Shown in pieces: positions 19,480 through 31,300 of a DNA stretch of 64,000 bases; positions within the stretch are counted from its first letter, which is position 1, and each line of letters starts with the position of its first letter. Where the stretch lies: positions 1 through 64,000 of IMG/VR virus record IMGVR_UViG_3300022752_000038; one strand, written 5' to 3'. A program made the position numbers and the translations under genes. The notes beneath the pieces were generated by a model. That model made no database searches. It was not told the origin of the DNA and saw only the letters and a list, made by a program, of their open reading frames with translations. The stretch is from a virus.

Positions 19480-20019
19480 ATGGCACTATTTGGTAGTTCT
19501 AGGGATGTTAGTTTAATCAAGTCACTAAATCGTGAACTCGTTAACAAATTTATTGATATTGAAATAGGACTGTACAAATTAAACTTACAGAATACAGCAC
19601 AAAATATATACGGTGAGTCTGATAATAAAGTATATTATCAACCGGTACGTTTACATTGTTTGGTTTCACGTGATAACCGTACAATTGTAGGTGACGACTT
19701 TGGAATAGATACGGCACGTATTAGTACATTTGCATTTTTTAAGCCTGATGTTGAAGCTAAAAATGTGTTTATTGATGTAGGTGATATTATAGAGCATGAT
19801 CGTAGTATGTATCAAATAGATAATATAACATATGCTCAAGAATACTTTGCTGGTAAAGATGAAGCAACTGATTTAGGTCATGTGTTAGGTGAACGTGGTA
19901 GTTTTGGTATAGATTTATCTATAGTAGTAGAAGCTCATATAACAAGACATACATCGTTAAATTTAGAACCAGTAAGATCTGGTATTAATCGACCTAGCCA
20001 ATTACCGAGGAACTTATAA
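19480..20019 (+). CDS. gp14: Neck/head-closure protein (T4 gp14-like)
   Basis: NIYGES, VGDII motifs; follows the gp13-like gene. Confidence 0.65.
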   Translation: MALFGSSRDVSLIKSLNRELVNKFIDIEIGLYKLNLQNTAQNIYGESDNKVYYQPVRLHCLVSRDNRTIVGDDFGIDTARISTFAFFKPDVEAKNVFIDVGDIIEHDRSMYQIDNITYAQEYFAGKDEATDLGHVLGERGSFGIDLSIVVEAHITRHTSLNLEPVRSGINRPSQLPRNL

Positions 20020-21053
20020 TGTCTAAGCCAGAATTAAGACGTACATATAGTACATATACAGACAATGCTAAATTAAATCGTAGTACGCAGATACGTCGCG
20101 ATAATGATACTATTAAAACGCCTAGTTGTACAATTTACGACATAGATAACGCCGTAATGTCGTTTATTAGTGATGTGATACGTCCGGAAATTGTAGATAA
20201 TAATGCAAAAATTACTGTTCCGGTAGTTTATGCTAATGCAGAAAAATGGACACAGATTCAGGCACGTGGATATATGTACGATCATAATGATCGATTAATG
20301 ACGCCACTTATAGCTGTGAAACGTGGAAGTATTGCCGAACGTGATACTTTACGTAAATTGGATGTCAATTGGAATGTAGATTCTGGACCACAAGGTAATG
20401 ATACATTTGCTAGAAATGCAATAACATATCGTAGTCAATACACTAAAGCTAATCGATATGATCAGTTTTCTGTACTACAAGGTATACGGCCTAAACAAGA
20501 AATTTATGTAACGGGCGTGCCTGAATTTATCGATGTGTCATATGATATAGTAGTATGGGCGGAATATGTAGAACAACTTAATCATATCATAGAGCAAATT
20601 ATGTTAACAGGCGGATATGCATGGGGCACTACATGGAAATTTATTACCCTTGTACAAGACTATACATTTGAAACAGTGTCAACACCAGGCGAAGATCGTT
20701 TAGTTAGAGCAACTATACCTATTACAGTTAAAGGGTCATTGTTAATGGAATATGAAGGACATAAGTCGACTATTCAAAAACAATACTCAATAAAAAAGGT
20801 ACGGTTTAATACAGAAGTCGAAACTAGTGAATTAGAAGACGGTAGTGCCGGTGATGCGTATCTTAATACACCTCCGCCTGGAGGATTTAATACTAATGAA
20901 CAAGGATTTGTTGATAATAAAACTGTACCTAGTGATCCTAGATTAAATCAATCTGAGCAACTTCCGTACACTGGTCCAATTGATCCACGTATCGATACAT
21001 CACGTGATGATGTTAAATCTAATAAATACAACCCACTTACGGGTATTTTGTAA
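20019..21053 (+). CDS. gp15: Tail terminator/sheath stabiliser (T4 gp15-like)
   Basis: VPVVYANAEKW, QLNHIIEQI; synteny. Confidence 0.65.
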   Translation: MSKPELRRTYSTYTDNAKLNRSTQIRRDNDTIKTPSCTIYDIDNAVMSFISDVIRPEIVDNNAKITVPVVYANAEKWTQIQARGYMYDHNDRLMTPLIAVKRGSIAERDTLRKLDVNWNVDSGPQGNDTFARNAITYRSQYTKANRYDQFSVLQGIRPKQEIYVTGVPEFIDVSYDIVVWAEYVEQLNHIIEQIMLTGGYAWGTTWKFITLVQDYTFETVSTPGEDRLVRATIPITVKGSLLMEYEGHKSTIQKQYSIKKVRFNTEVETSELEDGSAGDAYLNTPPPGGFNTNEQGFVDNKTVPSDPRLNQSEQLPYTGPIDPRIDTSRDDVKSNKYNPLTGIL

Positions 21054-21092
21054 AAATAAAAATATATTTATATTAGTAAAAGGAATAAGTTT

Positions 21093-21368
21093 ATGTCTAC
21101 AGAAATAAAGTTTACACCGGAAGAGTTAGAACAAATTAAAGAGGTACGTGACACAACGAACGTAATGGTTTATCAGTTTGGCGAAATTGATTTAGAATTG
21201 AGTTTATTACGCGAACGGATTGATGAACTAGAACAAGTACGTATTAAATTGCGAGAAGATTATCGTAATTTACGTAACAAGGAACGTACTTTGGTAGATG
21301 AGTTGAATACAAAATACGGCACCGGTCAGTTAGACATTGAAAGCGGGTTATTCCAACCTATCAAATAA
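21093..21368 (+). CDS. Hypothetical coiled-coil protein
   Basis: 91 aa ending KYGTGQLDIESGLF; has its own promoter motif and SD. Confidence 0.6.
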   Translation: MSTEIKFTPEELEQIKEVRDTTNVMVYQFGEIDLELSLLRERIDELEQVRIKLREDYRNLRNKERTLVDELNTKYGTGQLDIESGLFQPIK

Positions 21369-21431
21369 TGTTTGACAAGACACACCGATATTTATATTAA
21401 ATTTTAACATTAATTAAATTAGGAGAAACCG

Positions 21432-23291
21432 ATGGCAGAAAAAATTGTTTCGCCCGGTGTGTTTACCAATGAAGTTGACTTGTCAGCGTTACCCGCAGGT
21501 ATTGCGGCTATCGGTGCAGCAATAATTGGGCCTACACAGCGCGGACCAGCAAATATTCCGACATTTGTAACAAGTTATTCAGATTTCGTATCTAAATTCG
21601 GAAGTGTTTTCACTTCGGGTTCTGGTACACAAGAGAGCACATATAAATATCTAACCAACTACATGGTACAAGAGTATATGAAGTATGCTGATACATGCTT
21701 AGTAACGCGTGTAATGGCGGGTAATTATGCATATGCTTATAGTAACGTGATTAGTGCAGACAGTGCGAGCAATGGAACAGCACATGCTCCATCATTTAAA
21801 TTAACTGTGTTGTCAGCAGGGGCTTTAGATAATTCCGGACAAAGCCAAGCATCTGTAAGCGGTAGTGGTTTATCTGCAGACGAAACTACAGGTCAATTAT
21901 TAAAGTCTGGTTCAGAAAACAATTTGCGTTGGGAAGTAGCTAATGTAAGTAACAGCAAGGGTACATTTACATTGTTAATTCGTCGTGGTGATGACATTAC
22001 TAACCGTAAAATTATTCTTGAACAGTATAATAATTTGACGTTAGATCCGGCATCTCCTAACTATATTGCTAAAAAAATTGGTGATGTAGCTTATACATTA
22101 AAAGATTCTGGTCTAGACCAGCCATATTTCCAAGTATCTGGATCATATCCTAATCGTTCAAAGTATGTACGTGTTGAAGTACTTAAAAATACATTGAATT
22201 GGTTTGATGCTAACGGATCACGTAGATTAGACGCTTTTACTGGTAGTTTACCTCAGGCTGTATCCGGTACATTCTCAGGTGGTTCGGATGGAGCTGTAGC
22301 ACATCCTAAAAACTTCTTTGAAAACATTTTACGTGGTGGCTCAACACTTGATTCAACAGGATATGCTATTGAGAACAATACGCAAGGATTTAATTTGCAA
22401 GCTACTCAGTCATCTGAACCTGGAGTAAAGCATTTTGCTCGTCCATATTTAGACGCTATCAAATTGTTAAAGAACCAAGATGACTATGATTTTAATTTAT
22501 TAGTTCTTCCTGGCTTGACAAATGATAATACCGAAGCTAAATCAATTTTAACACAGGCACAATTAATGATTGAAAGCCGTGGAGATGCGTTTTTGGTAAC
22601 TGACCCTGTAGTTTACGGAAGCACTTTAGGTGATGTAGTAGATGAAGCAGATACACGTAACAGTAACTATGTGTCAATGTATTGGCCATGGGTATTAGTA
22701 GGTGATGGTGATATGGGACGTAATGTATGGGTTCCGGCTAGTACAGTTGTACCTAGTGTATATGCATTTAATGACCGAGTAGCTGCCCCATGGTTTGCTC
22801 CTGCCGGTTTGAATCGAGGCGGAATTGAAGCTGCAGTACGTACTGAACGCAAACTTAACCAAGCTAATCGTGATACATTGTATGATGCTAGTGTTAATCC
22901 TATTACAAGCTTCCCTAATCAAGGTGTAGTTGTTTATGGACAAAAGACACTTCAAAAGAAAGCATCTGCATTGGATCGTGTTAACGTTCGTCGTTTGTTG
23001 ATTGCTGCTAAGAAGTTTGTTGCTTCTACTAGTAAGTATCTGTTATTCGAAAATAATACTGCAGTAACAAGAAACCGTTTCTTAAGTATTGTTAATCCAT
23101 ATTTCGATAGCGTACAACAGCGTCAAGGTTTATATGCATTCAAAGTGGTAATGGATGACAAATTAAATACTCCGGAAGTCATTGACCGTAATGAATTACG
23201 CGGAGCTATTTATTTACAGCCAGCCAAGACTGCCGAATTCATTATTATTGACTTTAACATCCTGCCAACTGGTGCTGCTTTCCCAGAATAG
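21432..23291 (+). CDS. gp18: Contractile tail sheath protein (gp18-like)
   Basis: VSPGVFTNEVD, YWPW, WFAPAGLNRG, DRVNVRRL, PAKTAEFI. Confidence 0.95.
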   Translation: MAEKIVSPGVFTNEVDLSALPAGIAAIGAAIIGPTQRGPANIPTFVTSYSDFVSKFGSVFTSGSGTQESTYKYLTNYMVQEYMKYADTCLVTRVMAGNYAYAYSNVISADSASNGTAHAPSFKLTVLSAGALDNSGQSQASVSGSGLSADETTGQLLKSGSENNLRWEVANVSNSKGTFTLLIRRGDDITNRKIILEQYNNLTLDPASPNYIAKKIGDVAYTLKDSGLDQPYFQVSGSYPNRSKYVRVEVLKNTLNWFDANGSRRLDAFTGSLPQAVSGTFSGGSDGAVAHPKNFFENILRGGSTLDSTGYAIENNTQGFNLQATQSSEPGVKHFARPYLDAIKLLKNQDDYDFNLLVLPGLTNDNTEAKSILTQAQLMIESRGDAFLVTDPVVYGSTLGDVVDEADTRNSNYVSMYWPWVLVGDGDMGRNVWVPASTVVPSVYAFNDRVAAPWFAPAGLNRGGIEAAVRTERKLNQANRDTLYDASVNPITSFPNQGVVVYGQKTLQKKASALDRVNVRRLLIAAKKFVASTSKYLLFENNTAVTRNRFLSIVNPYFDSVQQRQGLYAFKVVMDDKLNTPEVIDRNELRGAIYLQPAKTAEFIIIDFNILPTGAAFPE

Positions 23292-23329
23292 TAGATGATG
23301 CATATTTATAATAAATAGGAGAATAAAAA

Positions 23330-23818
23330 ATGGCAGAATTATTATCACCCAATGAAATCTTTTTTACGGCATTTGAACCGAAAATGGCAATGCGGTTTAT
23401 TATGTATATTGAAGGAATTCCATCATATTTGATTAAAGCGGCATCACGTCCTAGTATTGATCAGGGAGAGGTTATACTTGACCATATTAATGTTGAGCGT
23501 AAGCTTAAAGGAAAGAGCCGTTGGCAAGATATAACAGTAACGTTATATGATCCAATTGTACCGTCAGGTGCTCAAATGGTTATGGAATGGGTTCGTTTAC
23601 ATCACGAATCTGTTACCGGCCGTGATGGATATAGCGACTTCTATAAAAGAGATATCACCTTTAATTCACTTGGACCAGTAGGTGACAAGGTAGAAGAATG
23701 GACAATCAAAGGAGCATTTGTTAGTGCTGCAACTTTTGGTGACATGGATTGGGGAACAGAAGACCCAATGACTATCGAGCTTACCATTAAGTATGATTAT
23801 GCAATCCTGCAATTCTAA
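23330..23818 (+). CDS. gp19: Tail tube protein (gp19-like)
   Basis: 162 aa after the sheath gene; WQDITVTLYD, EEWTIKGAF, IELTIKYD. Confidence 0.9.
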   Translation: MAELLSPNEIFFTAFEPKMAMRFIMYIEGIPSYLIKAASRPSIDQGEVILDHINVERKLKGKSRWQDITVTLYDPIVPSGAQMVMEWVRLHHESVTGRDGYSDFYKRDITFNSLGPVGDKVEEWTIKGAFVSAATFGDMDWGTEDPMTIELTIKYDYAILQF

Positions 23819-23841
23819 TCGTATTTAGTAAATAATTATGT

Positions 23842-23869
23842 AAAGATCCCGTCGCAAGGCGGGATTTTT
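23842..23869 (+). terminator. Rho-independent terminator after the tail tube gene
   Basis: AAAGATCCCGTC-gcaa-GGCGGGATTTTT. Confidence 0.85.
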
Positions 23870-23922
23870 ACTAGCTATTGTATATTTATATTAAATAAGT
23901 TTTAAACAAAAAAGGATAGTTT

Positions 23923-24846
23923 ATGTCAACAGTTAATGATGAATACAAAAAGCCATCTACAAACAAGCATGTAGTAGATCAAGTTACGGATGAGCAGCTA
24001 AAGGCGTTAGCAGTACAACAGTACGAGCAAAACAAGGGCCGCAAAGCTGATACCGAAACTGAAAAAGAAAAGTATGATTTTCCAACTGAAATTGTAGAAT
24101 TGCCAAGTAAAGGTTTATTGTATCCAGCTGACAATGCTTTATCATCTGGTAAAGTAGAAATGAAGTATATGACAGCACGTGAAGAAGATATTCTTACTAC
24201 GCCTAGTCTTATTAAGCAAGGTGTTGTATTAGATCGTTTATTTCAAGCATTAGTTGTTGGTAACGGCGATGGACGTAAAATTAATTACGGAGATTTATTA
24301 GCCGGAGATAAAAACGCAATTATGATCGCTGCCCGTGTATTAGGATACGGCAAAGATTATGAAGTAAAAATCAAAACACCGTCAGGTGAAGAGCAGACAG
24401 AAATTATCGATTTGGCAGAATTGCAAAACAAAGAATTTGATGAGTCACTGATTACGCCAGGAGTTAACAAATTCGCAATTAAATTACCAGCATCTAAACG
24501 CACTATTGAAGTTAAATTATTAAATCATGACGATGAAAAACGTGTAGAAGAAGCTGCTAATCGTGCTAAAAAATATAATAAATTACGTGGTATTGAAAGC
24601 AATGTAAGTATACGTTTACAACATATGATTGTATCTGTAGATGGTAATACTGATCGCGAACATATTGAAGAATTCATTGATAAATACTTTTTAGCACGTG
24701 ATATACAATATGTAAGAGATTATGTAGCAAAGATACAACCCGATGTTGATCTTTCATTAACGTTCATAGATTCCGGCACAAACGAAGAATTTAAAACTAA
24801 CCTCCCGATTGGAGTAGACTTTTTTTGGCCTAGCGCCCGCGTATAG
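23923..24846 (+). CDS. Tail assembly chaperone/baseplate hub assembly protein (gp26-like)
   Basis: VELPSKG, MTAREEDIL, DFFWP C-terminus; lies between the tube and tape measure genes. Confidence 0.75.
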   Translation: MSTVNDEYKKPSTNKHVVDQVTDEQLKALAVQQYEQNKGRKADTETEKEKYDFPTEIVELPSKGLLYPADNALSSGKVEMKYMTAREEDILTTPSLIKQGVVLDRLFQALVVGNGDGRKINYGDLLAGDKNAIMIAARVLGYGKDYEVKIKTPSGEEQTEIIDLAELQNKEFDESLITPGVNKFAIKLPASKRTIEVKLLNHDDEKRVEEAANRAKKYNKLRGIESNVSIRLQHMIVSVDGNTDREHIEEFIDKYFLARDIQYVRDYVAKIQPDVDLSLTFIDSGTNEEFKTNLPIGVDFFWPSARV

Positions 24847-25066
24847 GCGCATACTACACGAACAGGTTTTTAGCCTGATTTATTACGGCAAAGGTGGATT
24901 TACATGGGAAGATGTTATGTCCATGCCAACATGGCTTCGTTTGTTCTACATAAAACAAATTAACAAGGCCGTGGAAGCAGAAAACGAGCAATACAAGAAA
25001 GCCAGTAAAAAGTCATCTAAAGGAATTTCTAGACCAAGCTTTGCGTCCTCAAAAGCTAGAAAGTAG
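24821..25066 (+). CDS. Frameshift extension of the tail chaperone (gp51/GT-like), with no ATG at its 5' end
   Basis: The +1 frame from the T7 run reads FFGLAPAYRRILHEQVFSLIYYGKGGFTWEDVMSMPTWLRLFYIKQ...ARK*. Confidence 0.65.
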   Translation, partial: FFGLAPAYRRILHEQVFSLIYYGKGGFTWEDVMSMPTWLRLFYIKQINKAVEAENEQYKKASKKSSKGISRPSFASSKARK

Positions 25067-25090
25067 ATATTTATTAATAAAGGATCTATC

Positions 25091-25300
25091 ATGTCTAAAA
25101 TACGCGTCGATGAAGGATTAATGAAATATATTGTTAAATTATTCTTTCCTCAACTAGAACGTGAAATTGTACAAGATCCTGAAGTTCAACAAATTCTACG
25201 TAATATTTCTGAATCGGCTGCTCGGATTAACGCTAGTTGTGATAGATTAGAAGAACTTACCGGTAAAGATTTATCAGACTTAAAATTTAAGCGTAAGTAA
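25091..25300 (+). CDS. Small hypothetical protein
   Basis: 69 aa; ATATTTAT at 25067, AAAGGA SD; coupled to the tape measure gene. Confidence 0.6.
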   Translation: MSKIRVDEGLMKYIVKLFFPQLEREIVQDPEVQQILRNISESAARINASCDRLEELTGKDLSDLKFKRK

Positions 25301-28300
25301 TGGCTACTGGACCAAAAAAGCAAAAATATACTAGCGATGATTTTGATAGTGCTTCTTTTGATAAAGCCTTAACTAAAGTAGTACAGTCCTCGCTTAAAAA
25401 AGCTTTTGGAAAAGGTAGTATCGGAGCAACGCCTGTATCAGATGCGTTGCAGAGAGATATTACTTCGTCCGAAACGTTAGCTGATACTTTAAAATCTCTC
25501 GCACAGCATGAACAGGAACGACAAATCAATGCTAACCGTACTGCTGATATTCAACATAAAGCTGCAATTGAAGGTATTTCGTTTCGTGAAGCTGAATTAC
25601 GATATAATGTAGAAGAACGTAAGTCTCAATTAATACAAGAATCTCGAGAAAAGGCACGGAACGGAATAATAGATAGTCGAAGTAAAGAAATACGTTCTGA
25701 GTTAGCATCACTTAATTCAAGTCTTGGAATATTAAGTGAAACAATACAGCAAGAAGAAACACGTGCTAATTTAGTTAAACAGATAAATAACGAGTATCAG
25801 TCTGATCAAATCAAAAATCAATTAGCTGAACTACGTGATGTAAATGCGGAACATGCAATATCTGGTGAACGTATAGGATTTGCTACTGGAGCATTTGAAA
25901 AACTAAAACAGCAATCTATTATAACTCGCGAAGAACAAATAGAGCTTAATGATATTTTACTGAACAACCGTGATGCTAGCGGTATGATCAAAGATATTAA
26001 TGAAAAAATATTAGAAGCACAACTATCTGGTAATGAAAAATTAAAAGAATCGTTATCAATAATAAAAGAAACATTAAGTATTGATCAAGAACGAGAAAAA
26101 TTAATACAAAAAATATCAAAGCAGTCTGATGGTTATCTAAAAACGATGACTAGTCTTAGTGATAAAATTCCAATTATCGGGGGAAGTATTAGCAAGTATC
26201 TCGAAGGCGGAATGAAGCGCTATAATGAAGCTCTAGCCGACAGTATAATAAAACAAAAAGTTGGAGAACAGGGCTTACAACATCAAGGAAAGGCAGCTAC
26301 TGCGTTAGGTTCTAAATTAAAAGCCGCATGGTCATCATTTGGTCCGGGCGGTATGGTGTTAATTGGTATAGGATTGTTAGCCGCAGGACTCGCAGCTGCA
26401 TATAACTTTGTCAAAGATTTTGATAAGTCGATTACAGATACTGCGCAATCAATGGGTACTACTAAACAAGCTGCCCAAGAATTGTCCATGGCCGCTAATG
26501 CAACTACATTAAATCAAAAAGAGCATTTAGCTGCCGTAAAAGAATTAAATACTGCATACGGAGGTATGAATGCCGTTAATGCAAAAAACGTAAATCAGTT
26601 TACGGACCAATTAAAAACTATTAACGATTTAAAGATTGGATTTGGATTAACTAGCGATGAAGTGACGGGTTTAGCCGCATCAGCTAGATCAATGGGAACA
26701 GATGTAACAGTACTTACAGCAAACGTACTGTCGACAGTAGAGGCACTAGAATCACAAGGTAATTATCTAGTTAATCAAGCAGCCGTAATGAAAGACATTG
26801 GAAAACTAGGAAAGGCCAATGCACGTATGTTTGGAAACAATGCTAAGGCATTAGTTAAAGCAGCAGTAGCCGCTAACATGTTAGGCACTAACTTAGGATC
26901 AATGCTAAAAACTGCAGAAGATAGTTTAGACATTGAACAAAGTTTAACTAAAGAAGCTCTGTTCCAAGTCTTTACGGGTGGAAAAAATGTGTCATTGCAT
27001 GAAGATATGATGAAGATGCGCGAAGCCTATGTCAATAACGACATGGAATCCGTAATGCAGGCACAAGGCAATATTATAGCAAATTCATACGATAGTATTA
27101 TAGATGCTTCAGGTAAAGCAAATCAATTCGCATTGAAAAAATATGCAGATATGATGGGGCAAACTACTGATGAAGCAATGACTCAATTGGAATCATATGA
27201 TCTAGCCAAAAGCTTAGGATTTGATATACAACAGATCATGAGTGGCGAAATTTCTGTAGATATGATGGAAGGAAAGATGGCGGATATAAAAGATCCTGCA
27301 CAAAAAGCCCGTATCGAAGAAATGATCGCTAAACGTAAATCAGTAGCGTTGTCAGAGGAATTTGATAGATCTTTACAAAAATTAAAAGAATCTTTAACGC
27401 CATTAATGGGCCAAGTAGCTCCTGCTATAGAAAGTATTGTACATTTTGGGGCAGCATTATCAGCTGGTATAACTAAAGTAAGTAGTTTTGTAGGCGGTAT
27501 TGGTGGAATGGCAGTAGCGTTAGGTGCATTAGTTCTTGGATTTATAGGATTTAGAAAATTGTTTGATACGTTTCGTAGTTCATCACTAGGTGAAACGTTG
27601 TTAGGTAAAACTAAAGAAACCAAACAAGCTGAAGCAGTTAAAACGGGAATGAAATCAGCACTTGATTATTATTCCGCTTCTCCGTCGTTGGCCGTTACAA
27701 TTGTAGCTAACAAAATAAAAGGCGGCGGCGGTGATGGAGAAAGTGGTAGTGCTAACGGAAAATCTCCAGATACTAAAGAGATGAGTAAGAAAGGCGCTAG
27801 CGAATCATTTAAAGATAACATGAAAAATATCGCCGAAGGTTTTAAAGCCATGGGCGAATCTGGAGTAGGTAAAGGTATATTAAATACAGCACTTGCCGGT
27901 CCAGCACTGTTATTGGCAATACCTGCAATTCCGTTTATATTGTTTATGGGCAAATCTAAATTAGATAGCTTAGAAAATAATTTTTACAATTTAGCATCAG
28001 GTTTAACTGCAATGGGCGAAGCAGGTCGTAGCGGTATATTAAATACAGCACTTGCAGGCCCAGCGTTGTTACTAGGAATGTTAGGAATACCGATGTTAAC
28101 GTTTATGGGTAAAATTAAGTTAGGTAACTTATTTACTAATTTTTCACAGTTGGCTAGTGGTTTAACGGCTATGAGTGCTGTACCTAAAAGTGGTATATTA
28201 AATATTGGATTATTTGGTATAGCAGCTATACCATCATTACTTAGTATACCATTCTTAACTTTTATGGGACTAGTGCCGTTAGCACAGTTAGCTGTTAATT

Positions 28301-31300
28301 TTACTAGTTTAGGAACAGGATTGTCTGCGTTAAGTGCTGGTATTGGCGGAGTTGGAGTATTAGCAGCTTTTGCTATTGCTGCAATACTTGCAATTCCATC
28401 TTTGATATTTTTAGGTGGTATAGCTTTACTAGGAGAAGTAGCAGCCGCTGGATTAATAGCGTTAGGAGGTGGGTTAGAAGCATTAGGTGCTGTTGCAGCA
28501 ACTGGACTACCATTTTTAGCAGTTGGATTGATAGCAGCATTAGGGGCATCAATGATTCCATTTGCGGCTGCGTTATATATAGCAACACCTGCCATTGAAG
28601 CACTTGGAAAGGTTGTTATAGGAGTATTTTCAGCAATGCCGGCAATTATTACGGCCGTAGCAAATGGCTTTGTTACAATATTTGACACACTTGCAGAAAA
28701 TTGGCAAGTATTAATACCAGTAGGTATAGGATTAACTGCCTTAGCCGTAGGAGTCGGAGTATTAGGCGCAGCTTCATTGTTAGCAGCCCCAGGATTATTA
28801 GTATTAACCGGCATGATGTATATGGCCGCTCCTGCTATTGCAGCTGTCTCTGCTTCGATGACTGAACTTATACCTGTGTTTGAAGCGTTAGCAACTATTG
28901 ATTCCAAACAAATAATAGCTTTAGGTAAAGGCTTAGTAGTGTTAGGAGCTGGACTTTTAGCATTAACTGCTGGCTCTGTAGTAAATGGTATAGCATCATT
29001 TTTTGGAGCTGGCCCTGTAGATATGTTAAAAGATTTGGCATCAATTGATGGGCAAGGCGTTAACATAACTGCACAAGCTATAACATCATTGGCATCAGCA
29101 TTACAAGGATTTTCATCAATTGATACAACTAGTATTGGTAATGGATTAGGTTCAATAGCTGCCGGATTTTTAGCTTTAAGTGCTGGATCTGTAATAAACG
29201 GCATTGCTGATTTCTTTGGCGCTGGGCCGGTAGATCTTTTAAAGGATTTAACATCCGTCGACGGCAAATCGATTGAAAGTATAGCAAAAGGAATTGATGT
29301 ACTAGTAAAAAGTATTGATCAATTTACATCTATAGATTTGCAAGCCATGGAAGATACTATAGGTAAAGTAGAAGAACTAAGCGATATTAACAGTAGTGGT
29401 ATCGGAAGTCTTTTAAGTTCGATTGGCTCTGGAATTGGCGGAGCTATGAGTAGTATAGTGACGGGTGTACAATCAGTTGCTGCACCAATAACGGATGCAT
29501 TGTCCGGAGCATTTGATTCGGCGTATAATGAAATATCGGGTTGGTTTGGATTTTCGCCTAGTGAAATAGGAAACAGTATATTAAACGGTATACAATCAGT
29601 ATCTCCAGACATCTCCTCAAATCTTACACAGCCATTTGATAATGCCGCATCTAAATTAAATGCTGGCCCTTTAAAGGATTTTGGAGACAATGTTGCTGGT
29701 ATTGACACGACTAAATTAAAAGAACAGTTAGGTCAATTTAGTGGAGTATTGTCCGGAATTGATTTAGATGCTATAACAAAGTTTGCAGATTTAGCTGAAA
29801 AAGATTTAGGTAAAGCGGCACGAAATATAGTTAACGGTATTAATTCTTTAGTTACAATTAATACCGGAATTAATTTTGAGGGACTATACAATACATTCGA
29901 TACTTTAGGAGAAGCTTTTAATGAGTTGGGTATAGATGACTTAATTAAGTTTCTATCTATAGATAAAGATTTAAAAACATTTGGCGCTAATATACAAGCA
30001 GGATTTTCTTCGATTTCCTCAATGCCAGAATACGATTTCGGAAATTTTGAAAATACATTAGAATCGTTAAATGAAGCCTTAGCAGAATCAGATCTATCTG
30101 ACTTAGACCAATTTACAAAAATTAATTTTAGTTCTTTAGCTACAATAGCCACAAATCTTAAAGCTGGATTACAAGGATTAGTTGATGTTGGTAATATGGA
30201 AGATATGGGCACTGGCTTTATGTCTGGTATGCTAGGAACTAATGGATTAGGAGGATTGGAAAGTATATTTGAAGGTCTTGCAAATGCAATAGATGAATTA
30301 GATTTAACCGAATTAGATCAGTTTACTAAACTTAATTTTAGTGGTCTATCAACAATGGCTCAAAGCTTAAGTGCTGGATTAGAAGAACTAAATGCTCTAG
30401 GAAATCGTGACATGGGTACAATGTTTTCTGGAATGTTCGGCGAAGGCGGTTTGGGCGGATTGGAAAGTATATTTGAAGGATTATCTGATGCTGTAGATGA
30501 ATTGGATATGGATGCGCTAGGTAAATTTACTACACTTAACGTTAGTGGTTTATCAACAACAGCAAATAATATCAAACAAGGTATATCAGATTTAGTTAGT
30601 GTTGCTGATTCTGCCGGACAAATTAGTATATTACAAAATGTGTTTACTACATTAACAAGTGTATTTAATTCTATAGATCCAAATATATTTAATAGACTTG
30701 GACAACTTGATGTAACTGGCATAACGATTTTTGCTAATAATTTTAAAAATGCGTTAATGCAATTATCTACATTAAGTAGTATAGATTTGTCGGGAGTTGT
30801 AGCATTAAGTACTACGATTACTAAATTAACAGATCTAATATCTAAAATTAATTTTACCGAAGTATTTAAGCCAATTATTGATTTAAAGGTAGATCCTATT
30901 ATACAACAAATAGATAGATTGGTTGAAGCTTTTGCCAAGTTAACTAAATTACAATCAGTACAAGCAACGGTTAATGTACAAACAATTGCAGATAAAGCTG
31001 CTGAAGTTAAAACTACTAATACTGTACAAGCCCCAATGCCTGAACCAGCAAAAGCCTTTGCTGAAGGTGGATATACCGGCCCCGGCAGTAAATATGAACC
31101 TGCAGGTGTAGTACACGCCGGAGAATACGTTGTTAATGCAGAACAAACTAAACAATGGGCGCCGTTATTAGAAATGATTAATAGTGGTGACGCTACTATA
31201 GGAGCTATAAGTGCACAAGTAAATTATCCTCCTGTACCTGCATATGGTAGTGGCGATCGTATGCTCGATATGGAATCCATGGCTAGATTAGTTGACGTGC

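Noticed and set aside
27984-29267. 427-aa minus-strand ORF and other long antisense ORFs (e.g. 12164-12673, 30360-30938, 36421-37020)
   Set aside because: Shadow frames of Ala/Gly- or Glu-rich + strand genes; no motifs or expression signals, and the window is uniformly + strand.
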